A DNA stretch of 64,000 nucleotides, taken from Pirellulales bacterium. GTDB lineage: Bacteria > Planctomycetota > Planctomycetia > Pirellulales > JBGAPH01. This document shows, piece by piece, positions 1 to 7,140 of the stretch. Position 1 is the first letter of the stretch; each line of letters starts with the position of its first letter. A model generated the notes under the pieces. It saw only the letters and a list, made by a program, of their open reading frames with translations, ran no database searches and had not been told where the DNA came from. Made by a program: the position numbers and the translations under genes. The stretch lies in the NCBI GenBank assembly GCA_046349955.1, contig JAXMBI010000004.1:28237-92236 (forward strand). The letters are read 5' to 3'.

Positions 1-740
1 CGCTGGCCCGTCTGCCCGAGTTCAGCAAGCGGCTTACCTGGTATCTCAAATACCGGCCCGAGTTGGCGAACCTGGTGTCGCGCTGGCACGTGCCGGGTTC
101 AGGCGACCGGAGGCTCTTGTCGCTGTTGCGCGGCCACCGCATGAAGAAGCTGCTCTCGCGGATGCTCGACGAGACCGAGTTCCTGTCCGACTACGGCGTG
201 CGGGCGCTCTCGAAGTACTACGGCCAGCACCCCTACAGCTTCGACTGCCTGGGGCACCACATGACCGTGAGCTATGAGCCGGGCGAATCGACTTCCTCGG
301 TCTTCGGCGGCAACTCCAATTGGCGCGGGCCGATCTGGTTCCCGGCCAACTACCTGATCATCGAGTCGCTGCAGAAGTTCCACCACTACTACGGCGACGA
401 CTTCAAGGTCGAGTGTCCCACCGGCTCCGGCAACATGGTCACGATCCTCGACGTGTCGGAAGAGCTGACGCGGCGGCTGCTCAAGATCTTTCGCCGCGAC
501 GAACATGGCCGCCGGGCCTGCTTCGGCGAACGGGGCAAGCTGCAGAACGACCCGCACTTTCGCGACTATCCGCTCTTCTACGAGCACTTCCACGGCGACA
601 CGGGGCGCGGCCTCGGGGCCGAGCACCAGACCGGCTGGACCGCGCTCGTGGCCAAGCTCTTGCAGCCGCGCCGCTCCACCGCGCCCGACCATGTGAAGGA
701 TGGGCAGCAGACGGCCCAGGCGGCGGTTCTGCAGGCGTAG
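1..740 (+). CDS. C-terminal part of a GH63-like glucosidase (MGH1/YgjK-type alpha/alpha-barrel); the 5' end lies outside the window
   Basis: Frame 3 is open from the window edge to the TAG at 738-740. The motifs GGNSNWRGPIWFPANYLIIESL and FYEHFHGDTGRGLGAEHQTGWTALV resemble the C-terminal barrel of GH63-type glucosidases (recognised from memory). Third codon positions are G/C-rich. Confidence 0.6.
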   Translation, partial: LARLPEFSKRLTWYLKYRPELANLVSRWHVPGSGDRRLLSLLRGHRMKKLLSRMLDETEFLSDYGVRALSKYYGQHPYSFDCLGHHMTVSYEPGESTSSVFGGNSNWRGPIWFPANYLIIESLQKFHHYYGDDFKVECPTGSGNMVTILDVSEELTRRLLKIFRRDEHGRRACFGERGKLQNDPHFRDYPLFYEHFHGDTGRGLGAEHQTGWTALVAKLLQPRRSTAPDHVKDGQQTAQAAVLQA

Positions 741-796
741 TGCTGGCCGCTCGCCGGCGACGTGGTTGGCGCCTTGAGGGCAGTCGACCTGCAGCG

Positions 797-1612
797 CTAC
801 TCGGGGGAGACGGTCACGAGCTCTTGCGACACGGCCTCGATCTGCGTCGCGCCCAGCGTGGGCTGCTCTTCGGCAAAGCCGATCAAGAGTGCGAGATCGC
901 ACAGGCGATTGATCCGCCGCGGCAGGCCGCGCGTGAGGTAGAACACCGCCTCGAGGGCGTCGTTCTCGAAGATCGTGCGCGAGGCGCCCGCCGCCTTCAG
1001 CCGGTGGTTCACGTAGCTGATCGTCTCTTCCAACTGCAGCGGACGCAGCAGGCACTTGACGGCCATCCGCTCTTCGAGCCCCGGCATGCGGTCGAGCGCC
1101 GGCAACAGGCCGGGCTGGCCGACCAGGAGGAGCGTAAGCGCAGAAGCCCCTTGGTGTTCGAAGTTCAAAAGCAGCCGCACCGTCTCGAGGGCGTTGCCGT
1201 CGGCCAGCAGGTGGGCCTCGTCGATCGCCACGACGGCGTGCCGCCCGCGCTCGCAGTTTTGCAGAAACGCCCGCGACAACGCCCGCACGCTGGCCTCAAT
1301 CGAGGTCGAGCCGCCCAAATTTCCGGCGCCCATCTCTTCCGCGAGCCAGATCAGCAGTTGCGGCCCCGGCATTTGCGGAAACACCAGATGCACGAAGGGA
1401 GCGAAGGATTCGGGCAATTGGCGCTCGAGCGCGCCGACGAGCAACGTCTTGCCGACCCCGGCCGGTCCGGCCAAGAGCGCCGCTCCGCGGCGGTTCTCGA
1501 TCGTGTAGCGCAGCTTGAGCAGCGCGCCCTGGTGGGCCTCGCACGGGTAGTAGAAGGCGTCGAGGCCGCTATCGAACGGCCGACAGCTCAGGCCCCAATA
1601 GGATTCATACAT
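797..1612 (-). CDS. ExeA/GspA-type AAA ATPase, core domain only (271 aa)
   Basis: It has Walker A GPAGVGKT and Walker B VVAIDEAH. The length and layout resemble the ATPase domain of ExeA-like secretion ATPases. No C-terminal TM or peptidoglycan-binding extension is present. Confidence 0.85.
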   Translation of the reverse strand: MYESYWGLSCRPFDSGLDAFYYPCEAHQGALLKLRYTIENRRGAALLAGPAGVGKTLLVGALERQLPESFAPFVHLVFPQMPGPQLLIWLAEEMGAGNLGGSTSIEASVRALSRAFLQNCERGRHAVVAIDEAHLLADGNALETVRLLLNFEHQGASALTLLLVGQPGLLPALDRMPGLEERMAVKCLLRPLQLEETISYVNHRLKAAGASRTIFENDALEAVFYLTRGLPRRINRLCDLALLIGFAEEQPTLGATQIEAVSQELVTVSPE

Positions 1613-1674
1613 GTTGTTCGCTCACGGTTCGGGCGTCGCGATCGACGCCCAGGTGGGTCCGCGGTGCGGACCAA

Positions 1675-2886
1675 CTAACGCGGTCCGGCGCTGCCCATCG
1701 CCGAAGTGAAGTTCTCTACAATCCCCACCAGGCCCACGCCCGTGGCCTGGAGATCGTCGGTCAGCGTCGCCAGGTCATGCGCGGGGCGGCGACGGTCAGA
1801 CACTGCCAGGAGGGCGTCGATCGCTCCTTGCCGGCAGAGGGTCTGCAGAGCCAGGGCCGACAGGCCCTCCCACGGTCCGGCGTCGATCAGCACCAGCGAG
1901 TAGTACTCGCCGAGCACGCCCAGGTCGACGGCCGCCTCGAGCTTGGCCAGGAGTTGCACGTCGCTGGGCTGCGGGTTCGCCAGCGGCAACAGCGCACAGC
2001 GGTCACGCCCCGATTCGACCAGGGCCTCGGTGAGCGGCACCTGTCCCGTCAGCACCTCCTCCCAGCCCACCTGCGGCTGCACGCCCAGGCGGCGGGCTAA
2101 CTGCGGACGGGCGAAGTCGGCGTCGATCAGGCAACAGGTCGTGCCCTGCTGAGCGAGGTAGGCCGCCAGGCTGGCGACGAGCGTGGTGCGTCCTTCGCCG
2201 CGTTCCCGGCTGGTAATCGCGACGCGAGCGCCATCGCCCAGCTTGCCGAGCGTTTGGGCCAATCGCGCGAGATGTTCTCCCCGCTCGGCGACGATCGTGC
2301 GGCAGATTTCCGGCCAGAGAAAATACGGCACCTCGAGCGCCGGGCGAAACACTTCCACCTTAGGCGCCGCGGCGAACGCCGACAGCGGCTTGGCCTGAGC
2401 AGGCGCCGGCGGGGCCGCGGCCTGCGAAGTTGCCAATAGTTCCGACCAGGAAACGGTGTTCTCGTGGGCCGCCGCGGTGGCTGACATCTCGGCCCACGCG
2501 GTCGCGACGGAAGCCTCTGGTGGAGGCGGCTGCGGAGATGAAGCGTTCTCCGGGAGCGGCTTGGTGGCCGGGGCCGGAACCGCTGCAGCCTCAGGCTGCC
2601 GATCCTCCGCCGGGAGCGGTTGCGTCGTGGGCTCATCGCCGCGTTTCTTGCCCACTAAGGGGAAGCGCAGATGCGGCGCCGGCACGGCGGTCGCCTGTTC
2701 GAGGCGGAAGACGGGTTGGGCTGGCGCGCGCGGCGGCTCTGCGGGGGCCGCAGGCGCCGCCGGAGCCGCGTCCGTCGCTTGCGCGGGCTGGGGAGCGAGC
2801 TCGTGGTGCGGCGCGGGCGCGCCGCCGGCCGCCGGCCGCGGACGCTGCTGAAAGGCCTTGATGAAGGCTTGGTTGAATTCGGGCAT
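1675..2886 (-). CDS. Pro/Ala-rich protein with a C-terminal CpsD/CapB (BY-kinase)/ParA-MinD-like P-loop domain and a degenerate Walker A
   Basis: The C-terminal half reads VAITSRERGEGRTTLVASLAAYLAQQG...CCLIDADFARP...LVLIDAGP, giving Walker A', A and B spacing typical of BY-kinase catalytic domains. The Walker A Lys is replaced by Arg (GEGRTT, nt 2182-2199). The N-terminal ~190 aa are low-complexity P/A-rich. Confidence 0.7.
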   Translation of the reverse strand: MPEFNQAFIKAFQQRPRPAAGGAPAPHHELAPQPAQATDAAPAAPAAPAEPPRAPAQPVFRLEQATAVPAPHLRFPLVGKKRGDEPTTQPLPAEDRQPEAAAVPAPATKPLPENASSPQPPPPEASVATAWAEMSATAAAHENTVSWSELLATSQAAAPPAPAQAKPLSAFAAAPKVEVFRPALEVPYFLWPEICRTIVAERGEHLARLAQTLGKLGDGARVAITSRERGEGRTTLVASLAAYLAQQGTTCCLIDADFARPQLARRLGVQPQVGWEEVLTGQVPLTEALVESGRDRCALLPLANPQPSDVQLLAKLEAAVDLGVLGEYYSLVLIDAGPWEGLSALALQTLCRQGAIDALLAVSDRRRPAHDLATLTDDLQATGVGLVGIVENFTSAMGSAGPR

Positions 2887-2910
2887 GTCAGCCTCCCCCG
2901 GGCCCGGACA

Positions 2911-4116
2911 TTATTTCTCGATGCCGCCCTGCAAGCGGGCGACACCCTCTGCCGCGCCGTAGCTGCCGTCCCACACGCGCACCGGCTGCGGAGCGCCGTA
3001 CGCGGGCCCGTAATCGGGCGTTGCGGCCGACTTGGCCTCGGTCCCCATCCGCGCGGCCAGCGCTGCTGCCGGCATCGACCGGAGCTGATCGAGCTTCGCC
3101 AGCTCGGTGACGTATTCGGTTTGGGCGATGCCCATCTCCGCAGCAGCCACTTCCTTGGCCGTCAGCAGTTGCTCGAGCGAGCCTTGACCGCGGACGTTGC
3201 GGATGTGGTCGCGCTCCGACACTGCGGCCTCGAGTTCGAGCCGAGCGCGGTCGACGGCCAACTCAGCAAGTTGCCGTTCGCTGGTGGGGCGGGCGCCCTT
3301 GCGAACCAACTTTCCCAGGCGTTCGACATCGTGCTGGGCCTGCACCAACTTGGCCTGCTGCTCGGACACCGCCTTCTCGGCGGCCAGCAGATCGCGGCCG
3401 TTGCCGCGATTGAATTCCTCGAGGGCACGGCAGGCCCCAATAAACTCCTCTTGGGCGTGTGAGCGATTGGCCCGCGCCTGCTCGACCTTCATTTCCTGGT
3501 CGAGGATCGCGTTGGGTTCGCCCATCGGCGCCGAACGCATGTTGAACGAAGCGTCCGAGCCAGGGAGCGACTCGGAATCGGGCGCCCGCAGGTTCGGTCC
3601 GGCCTCGTCGTCGAACGGCGCCCCTTGGCCACGGTCGGGGGCCTGGGGAAACCGCGTCTCGCCGTGAGGCGCCGCGGAGTCGCGCGAATAGGTCGGGGAA
3701 CCGTGGCCCGCGTGGTCGTCGGGCAGCGTGGCCACCGGCGAGGGGCCCATCCAGGTGGGCGCCTCGGTCGACGATGTCGCCGTAGGGGCCTTGGCCGCGT
3801 GTTTGGTCGTAGTCGTTTTGGTCGGGGGAGTGGTCCCCTGTCGGAAGACCATGGCCGTTAGGGCGACGATCACCACCATCATGCCGGCCAGAGCGAACCG
3901 CGGCTTCGAAGTCCAATTCCAAGGGGCTGGCTGGCTCAGCGGAGGCCGCGCGGCAGGCTGCGACAAGTCCGGCATCGACAGCAAGACCGTGGCCGCGCGC
4001 GATCCGGAGCCTGCCGGCGAAGGCGAAGCGTGGTGCGGAGATTCGATGGGGCTGGTCAAGGATCCCTCCCTGGATGCTGACGGCCGCAATTTGCCCACGT
4101 TCGGTCGCCAAGGCAA
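2911..4116 (-). CDS. Membrane-anchored coiled-coil protein (chain-length-determinant/PCP-like architecture); an alternative start at 3975 is more likely
   Basis: A single TM segment (FALAGMMVVIVALTAMVF) is followed by a disordered S/T/P-rich linker and a long heptad-like region (EQARANRSHAQEEF...LAELAVDRARLELEAAVSERD...). The gene ends 24 nt upstream of the next gene on the same strand. The ATG at 3975 (MPDLSQPAARPP...) precedes the TM segment. Confidence 0.55.
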   Translation of the reverse strand: MPWRPNVGKLRPSASREGSLTSPIESPHHASPSPAGSGSRAATVLLSMPDLSQPAARPPLSQPAPWNWTSKPRFALAGMMVVIVALTAMVFRQGTTPPTKTTTTKHAAKAPTATSSTEAPTWMGPSPVATLPDDHAGHGSPTYSRDSAAPHGETRFPQAPDRGQGAPFDDEAGPNLRAPDSESLPGSDASFNMRSAPMGEPNAILDQEMKVEQARANRSHAQEEFIGACRALEEFNRGNGRDLLAAEKAVSEQQAKLVQAQHDVERLGKLVRKGARPTSERQLAELAVDRARLELEAAVSERDHIRNVRGQGSLEQLLTAKEVAAAEMGIAQTEYVTELAKLDQLRSMPAAALAARMGTEAKSAATPDYGPAYGAPQPVRVWDGSYGAAEGVARLQGGIEK

Positions 4117-4337
4117 CGCCCATGCGCCGCACGTGGTCCGTCGGCGCGTTCGGGCAAGAACATCGCCGCAGGAGAGTTATCGGTTCCGTCCGTATCGTTC
4201 TTGAGCCTTAGTCAGGTTGGGGCCTTTGGCGCGAACGCGCGGAGTTTAGGTAGACAATCCCGAGGCGCAAAGGTCGGTTTTCCACCCGGGCCGAACCCAA
4301 ACCGTCCGAGCCCCGTACCAGAGGGGAAGGGCCGGCG

Positions 4338-4367
4338 TTGCCGCGCCTCGGCGGTCAGTGCTACGAT
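4338..4367 (+). promoter_or_regulatory. Candidate sigma70-type promoter for the Cys-rich gene pair
   Basis: TTGCCG (4338-4343), an 18-nt spacer, then TACGAT (4362-4367), about 40 nt upstream of the ATG at 4408. This is a pattern match only. Confidence 0.2.
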
Positions 4368-4407
4368 CGAGTTCAGGCTTACGCAGAAATCCGCCTTCGG
4401 CCAACCC

Positions 4408-4836
4408 ATGATCACACGCCACCCACTGCCGGTCCGTCTGACTGCCCTGGTGGCAGCCGTGGCGTTGGCGCTGGGCTCGTGGTCCCCGCTGGCGGCCTGT
4501 GGGTGCGCTCCTTGCGGGGCGGCGCTCGAGGGCTGCAGTTCGGGGTGCTGCTCGGCCAAGTCCCTCTGCCAGAGCTGTTGTGACCGCCAGGGCGAAGACG
4601 AATCGCCCGCAGATTGCCTGGCCGACGGTGGCTGCCTGTGTCACCCAGTGAGCGCTCCGACTTCGGAGCAACCGCGGGTTCCGCAGTCCGACCAAGTGGC
4701 GCAGGCCTTCGTGGTCCTGCCCAGCGCGATCAGCGCGCTGCCGAGCCTAATCGAGCCGACGGCGGTTGTCGCGGCTCCCCCTCTCTCGCGTTCGGGCGCG
4801 GAACTCCGCGTCCTCTACTGCTCGCGTCTGGAATGA
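4408..4836 (+). CDS. Exported (possibly lipoprotein) Cys-rich protein, 142 aa
   Basis: The internal ATG at 4408 gives MITRHPLPVRLTALVAAVALALGSWSPLAAC, a signal peptide with an L-A-A-C lipobox-like motif. Twelve Cys lie within the next 48 residues (CGCAPCG..GCSSGCC..SLCQSCC..DC..GGCLC), and one more lies near the C-terminus. The upstream part of the listed ORF (4201-4407) looks non-coding. Confidence 0.55.
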   Translation: MITRHPLPVRLTALVAAVALALGSWSPLAACGCAPCGAALEGCSSGCCSAKSLCQSCCDRQGEDESPADCLADGGCLCHPVSAPTSEQPRVPQSDQVAQAFVVLPSAISALPSLIEPTAVVAAPPLSRSGAELRVLYCSRLE

Positions 4837-4903
4837 TCCGCTTCTCGCGATCGACTTGCTGATTTCGTTTTCACAAGTGTTCTCGAGTTTGGAGTTTCGT
4901 TCC

Positions 4904-5068
4904 ATGTACACGGCTTTGATGCTGATCTCGTTCTTGCTTCCCACCTCCCTGGTCTCGCACGCCGCCACGGCGGAGTGCTCTTGCGCCAAGGCTTGCGCTT
5001 GCTGCAAGTGCTGCGACACCGGCACGTGCACCTGCGGCGACGCCTGCAAGTGCGCCTGCTGCAAGTAG
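4904..5068 (+). CDS. Small exported metallothionein-like Cys-rich peptide, 54 aa
   Basis: The ATG at 4904 has a GGAG about 11 nt upstream. The sequence is MYTALMLISFLLPTSLVSHA followed by ATAECSCAKACACCKCCDTGTCTCGDACKCACCK. That tail has 13 Cys in 34 residues, all TGC codons, with no His or aromatic residues. Third positions are G/C-rich, like the neighbouring genes. A hairpin terminator follows. Confidence 0.55.
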   Translation: MYTALMLISFLLPTSLVSHAATAECSCAKACACCKCCDTGTCTCGDACKCACCK

Positions 5069-5145
5069 CGCAGGTTCAGACCGCAAGTCGCCGCTTCGGA
5101 ACTGCCTGCTGAGTTGCCGAGGTGGCGCCTGCTGATTGACGCAAG

Positions 5146-5176
5146 AGGCCCCCGGAGTGCTTGCACCCGGGGGCCT
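5146..5176. terminator. GC-rich hairpin between convergent genes (likely a bidirectional terminator)
   Basis: AGGCCCCCGG (5146-5155) pairs with CCGGGGGCCT (5167-5176) as a perfect 10-bp inverted repeat with an 11-nt loop, followed by TTGCATT. Confidence 0.5.
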
Positions 5177-5349
5177 TTGCATTGATGCCCCCGGGCGGCG
5201 TCCGGCTTGCGCCGGCCTTGCCCGGGGCTATTCTCGGGTCGCCCCTGCCGGGGCTGCATGCCGCGCCTCACGCTTCGCAGATGCCAAAGCGCAACTTCAA
5301 AACTGGCGCTGCGGACTAATATGGCACAACCCGAAAAACAGTCAGAGCA

Positions 5350-6909
5350 CTAAAAGGCCTGGTAGAAGACTTCGCACAGGCGGCCCAGCGTTTTGCCGGC
5401 CTTCTCCGTGCCGCTCGCGTCGGGCATGTGGACCAGGTTCACGAACATCGCGATCGCCACTTCGCGGCCGCTATGACATGTGCCGTAGCCGGCCAGGGCC
5501 TTGCTCGTAAGCAGGCTCGTGCCGTTCAGGGCGTTGTTCCAGAGGAGCGTGCCTGTTTTGGCCTGAAACTTTCCATAGGCCAGGCTGTCCTTCGGCGCCA
5601 CGCCGGCCAGAGTGCCGTCTTGGCCAAGGATGGGCATTGCATCGCGATAGACTTGGAAGTCGGGGCGTTCGGCCATCGCTCGCAGCAGTTGCACGGCCGC
5701 TCGCGGGGTGATGAAGTCGGCCCGGTCGCCGCCGGCGCCGCCGCCAAAGGAGATCGTTGCGGTGTCGACGCCCAGGCCCTCGAGAATCGCCTGTTGGCGG
5801 CGCAGACCCTGGCCCAGCGTCCGTTCGCCGTGTTTGGCCGCCAACAGCAGCGGCAGCGTGCTGGCGTGCAGGTTGTGGCTGACCTTGAGGATCAGTTTGG
5901 CTTCTTCCGAGAACGGCGGCGATTCGAGTTCAGCCACCTTGGTGAGCTTGCCGTAGCCGTCGGCGGGCGGCAGCTTGCCGGTCGAGTTGGGCGCGAGGGC
6001 CGAAGCGGTCATTTCCACCCCGGAGCGGCGCAGGGCCTCGATCAGCAGCGTGCGGGCGAAGGAGGCCGCGTCGCCGACCTCGTGGATCGTCACGAAGGGG
6101 CGGTGTCCCAAGGGAATTTGGCCGCGGACGGTGATCCGCTCCCCCTCCGAGGAGACGTCGATCGCCACCTTCTCGCCCGCCTTCACGGTGTCGACGCGGG
6201 CGTCGACTTGCACGAACTCGGTTTGCGGGCGCCAGCGCACTCGAGCCGGCGTGCCAATCGTGGTGGGGGTGATCTCGAAGTCGATCAGGTTGTCGTTCAC
6301 GATGATGGGCGTGAGTCGACCGGGGCCGCTGCCGGTGCCGGCCGCTTTGTCGAACAAGCGGTCGTCGATGATCACGTCTCCCTCGATCCGCTTGATCTCG
6401 ACCTCGGTGACCTGGCGGGCCAACTCCTCGAGTCCGGCCAGTGGGTCGGGCTCGGTGAGTTCGGCCTTGGCCGAGAAGCCTGCGTAGATGTGGTCGGTGT
6501 TGGCGAAGGCCACGTGCCCCTGCGGATCGGTGCGGCCGCCGAACGTCAGGTCGCCCGAGGCGACCAGGATCAGGTCCCCCTTGAGCACGCCGTTTTCGAT
6601 CGGCCCGCGGGCATACACCGGGGTGCGGAAGCGGTGGTTGGCGCCGAAGGCCTCGAGCGCCGCGGCGGTCGAGAAGAGCTTGGTCGTCGAGGCGGGGGCG
6701 AACAGCTTGTCGGGGTTGTGGGCGAACAACACCTCGCCCGTCTTGCGGTCGACGACCAGCAGGCCCCAATGGGCGTGCTTGTATTCGGGGGCATCGATGA
6801 TCTGGCTGACCTCGCCCGCCAAATCGGCCGCCTGCGCGGCGTGCGTCGGCGCGCTGGCCAGGGCCGCGAGGACCAGGCTGGGCACGAGAAACCGAACACG
6901 ACGTCGCAT
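5350..6909 (-). CDS. dacB: D-alanyl-D-alanine carboxypeptidase/endopeptidase, PBP4 family (peptidase S13)
   Basis: It has SxxK (ASTTK), SxN (SHN) and KTG (KTGT) in the right order and spacing. The ATG at 6909 gives a signal peptide, MRRRVRFLVPSLVLAALASAPTHAAQA. The longer listed ORF start (7083) adds a non-signal extension. Confidence 0.85.
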   Translation of the reverse strand: MRRRVRFLVPSLVLAALASAPTHAAQAADLAGEVSQIIDAPEYKHAHWGLLVVDRKTGEVLFAHNPDKLFAPASTTKLFSTAAALEAFGANHRFRTPVYARGPIENGVLKGDLILVASGDLTFGGRTDPQGHVAFANTDHIYAGFSAKAELTEPDPLAGLEELARQVTEVEIKRIEGDVIIDDRLFDKAAGTGSGPGRLTPIIVNDNLIDFEITPTTIGTPARVRWRPQTEFVQVDARVDTVKAGEKVAIDVSSEGERITVRGQIPLGHRPFVTIHEVGDAASFARTLLIEALRRSGVEMTASALAPNSTGKLPPADGYGKLTKVAELESPPFSEEAKLILKVSHNLHASTLPLLLAAKHGERTLGQGLRRQQAILEGLGVDTATISFGGGAGGDRADFITPRAAVQLLRAMAERPDFQVYRDAMPILGQDGTLAGVAPKDSLAYGKFQAKTGTLLWNNALNGTSLLTSKALAGYGTCHSGREVAIAMFVNLVHMPDASGTEKAGKTLGRLCEVFYQAF

Positions 6910-7140
6910 GGCTCTTCTCACGGGGGCGTAGGACCAAGGGGCAGGCCAGCGGTGAGGCGGGACTGCTATTATGTTTGCCGCCGGCGAGAGCCACCAGGGC
7001 CGGGCTGCGCGAAGAAACGCCCAAAGGTTCGTGGCAAGAACAGCCCTGCCTGGCGGGCTATCCGCCCGGCAGGGGCCTGCCATAATAGAGCAGGCCCGGG
7101 TGAATAACCTCCGGGCCTGCTCGATGACAAGGGCGCGCTG

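Noticed and set aside
320-1678. A 452-aa plus-strand ORF, and the 318-aa minus-strand ORF at 99-1055, which overlap the GH63-like and ExeA-like genes.
   Set aside because: The translations are Arg/Ala/Gly/Pro-rich with no motifs. They lie antisense to or out of frame with ORFs that have clear family signatures. They are typical shadow ORFs of high-GC DNA.
4201-4407. The upstream 69 codons of the listed ORF 4201-4836, and similar long N-terminal extensions in the listed ORFs at 7083, 11126, 20562, 20727, 22686, 22840, 26983, 35654, 41175, 42474, 54513, 57609 and 61260 (minus strand)/61146.
   Set aside because: In each case an internal ATG immediately precedes a clear signal peptide or the conserved N-terminus of the family. 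The extension is Arg/Pro/Gly-rich and runs across the neighbouring intergenic or divergent promoter region.
4904-5068. The metallothionein-like ORF as eukaryotic contamination or a chance ORF.
   Set aside because: It is embedded in contiguous planctomycete-like sequence and uses the same G/C-ending codons as its neighbours (all 13 Cys are TGC). It has a plausible SD and a downstream terminator, and it sits directly after another Cys-rich exported ORF. Chance cannot be fully excluded without expression or conservation data.
5428-7107. A 559-aa plus-strand ORF antisense to the PBP4 gene, and the 364-aa minus-strand ORF at 5930-7024 in another frame.
   Set aside because: The PBP4 frame carries SxxK/SxN/KTG, whereas these frames give low-complexity Arg/Gly-rich sequence. 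They are shadow ORFs.
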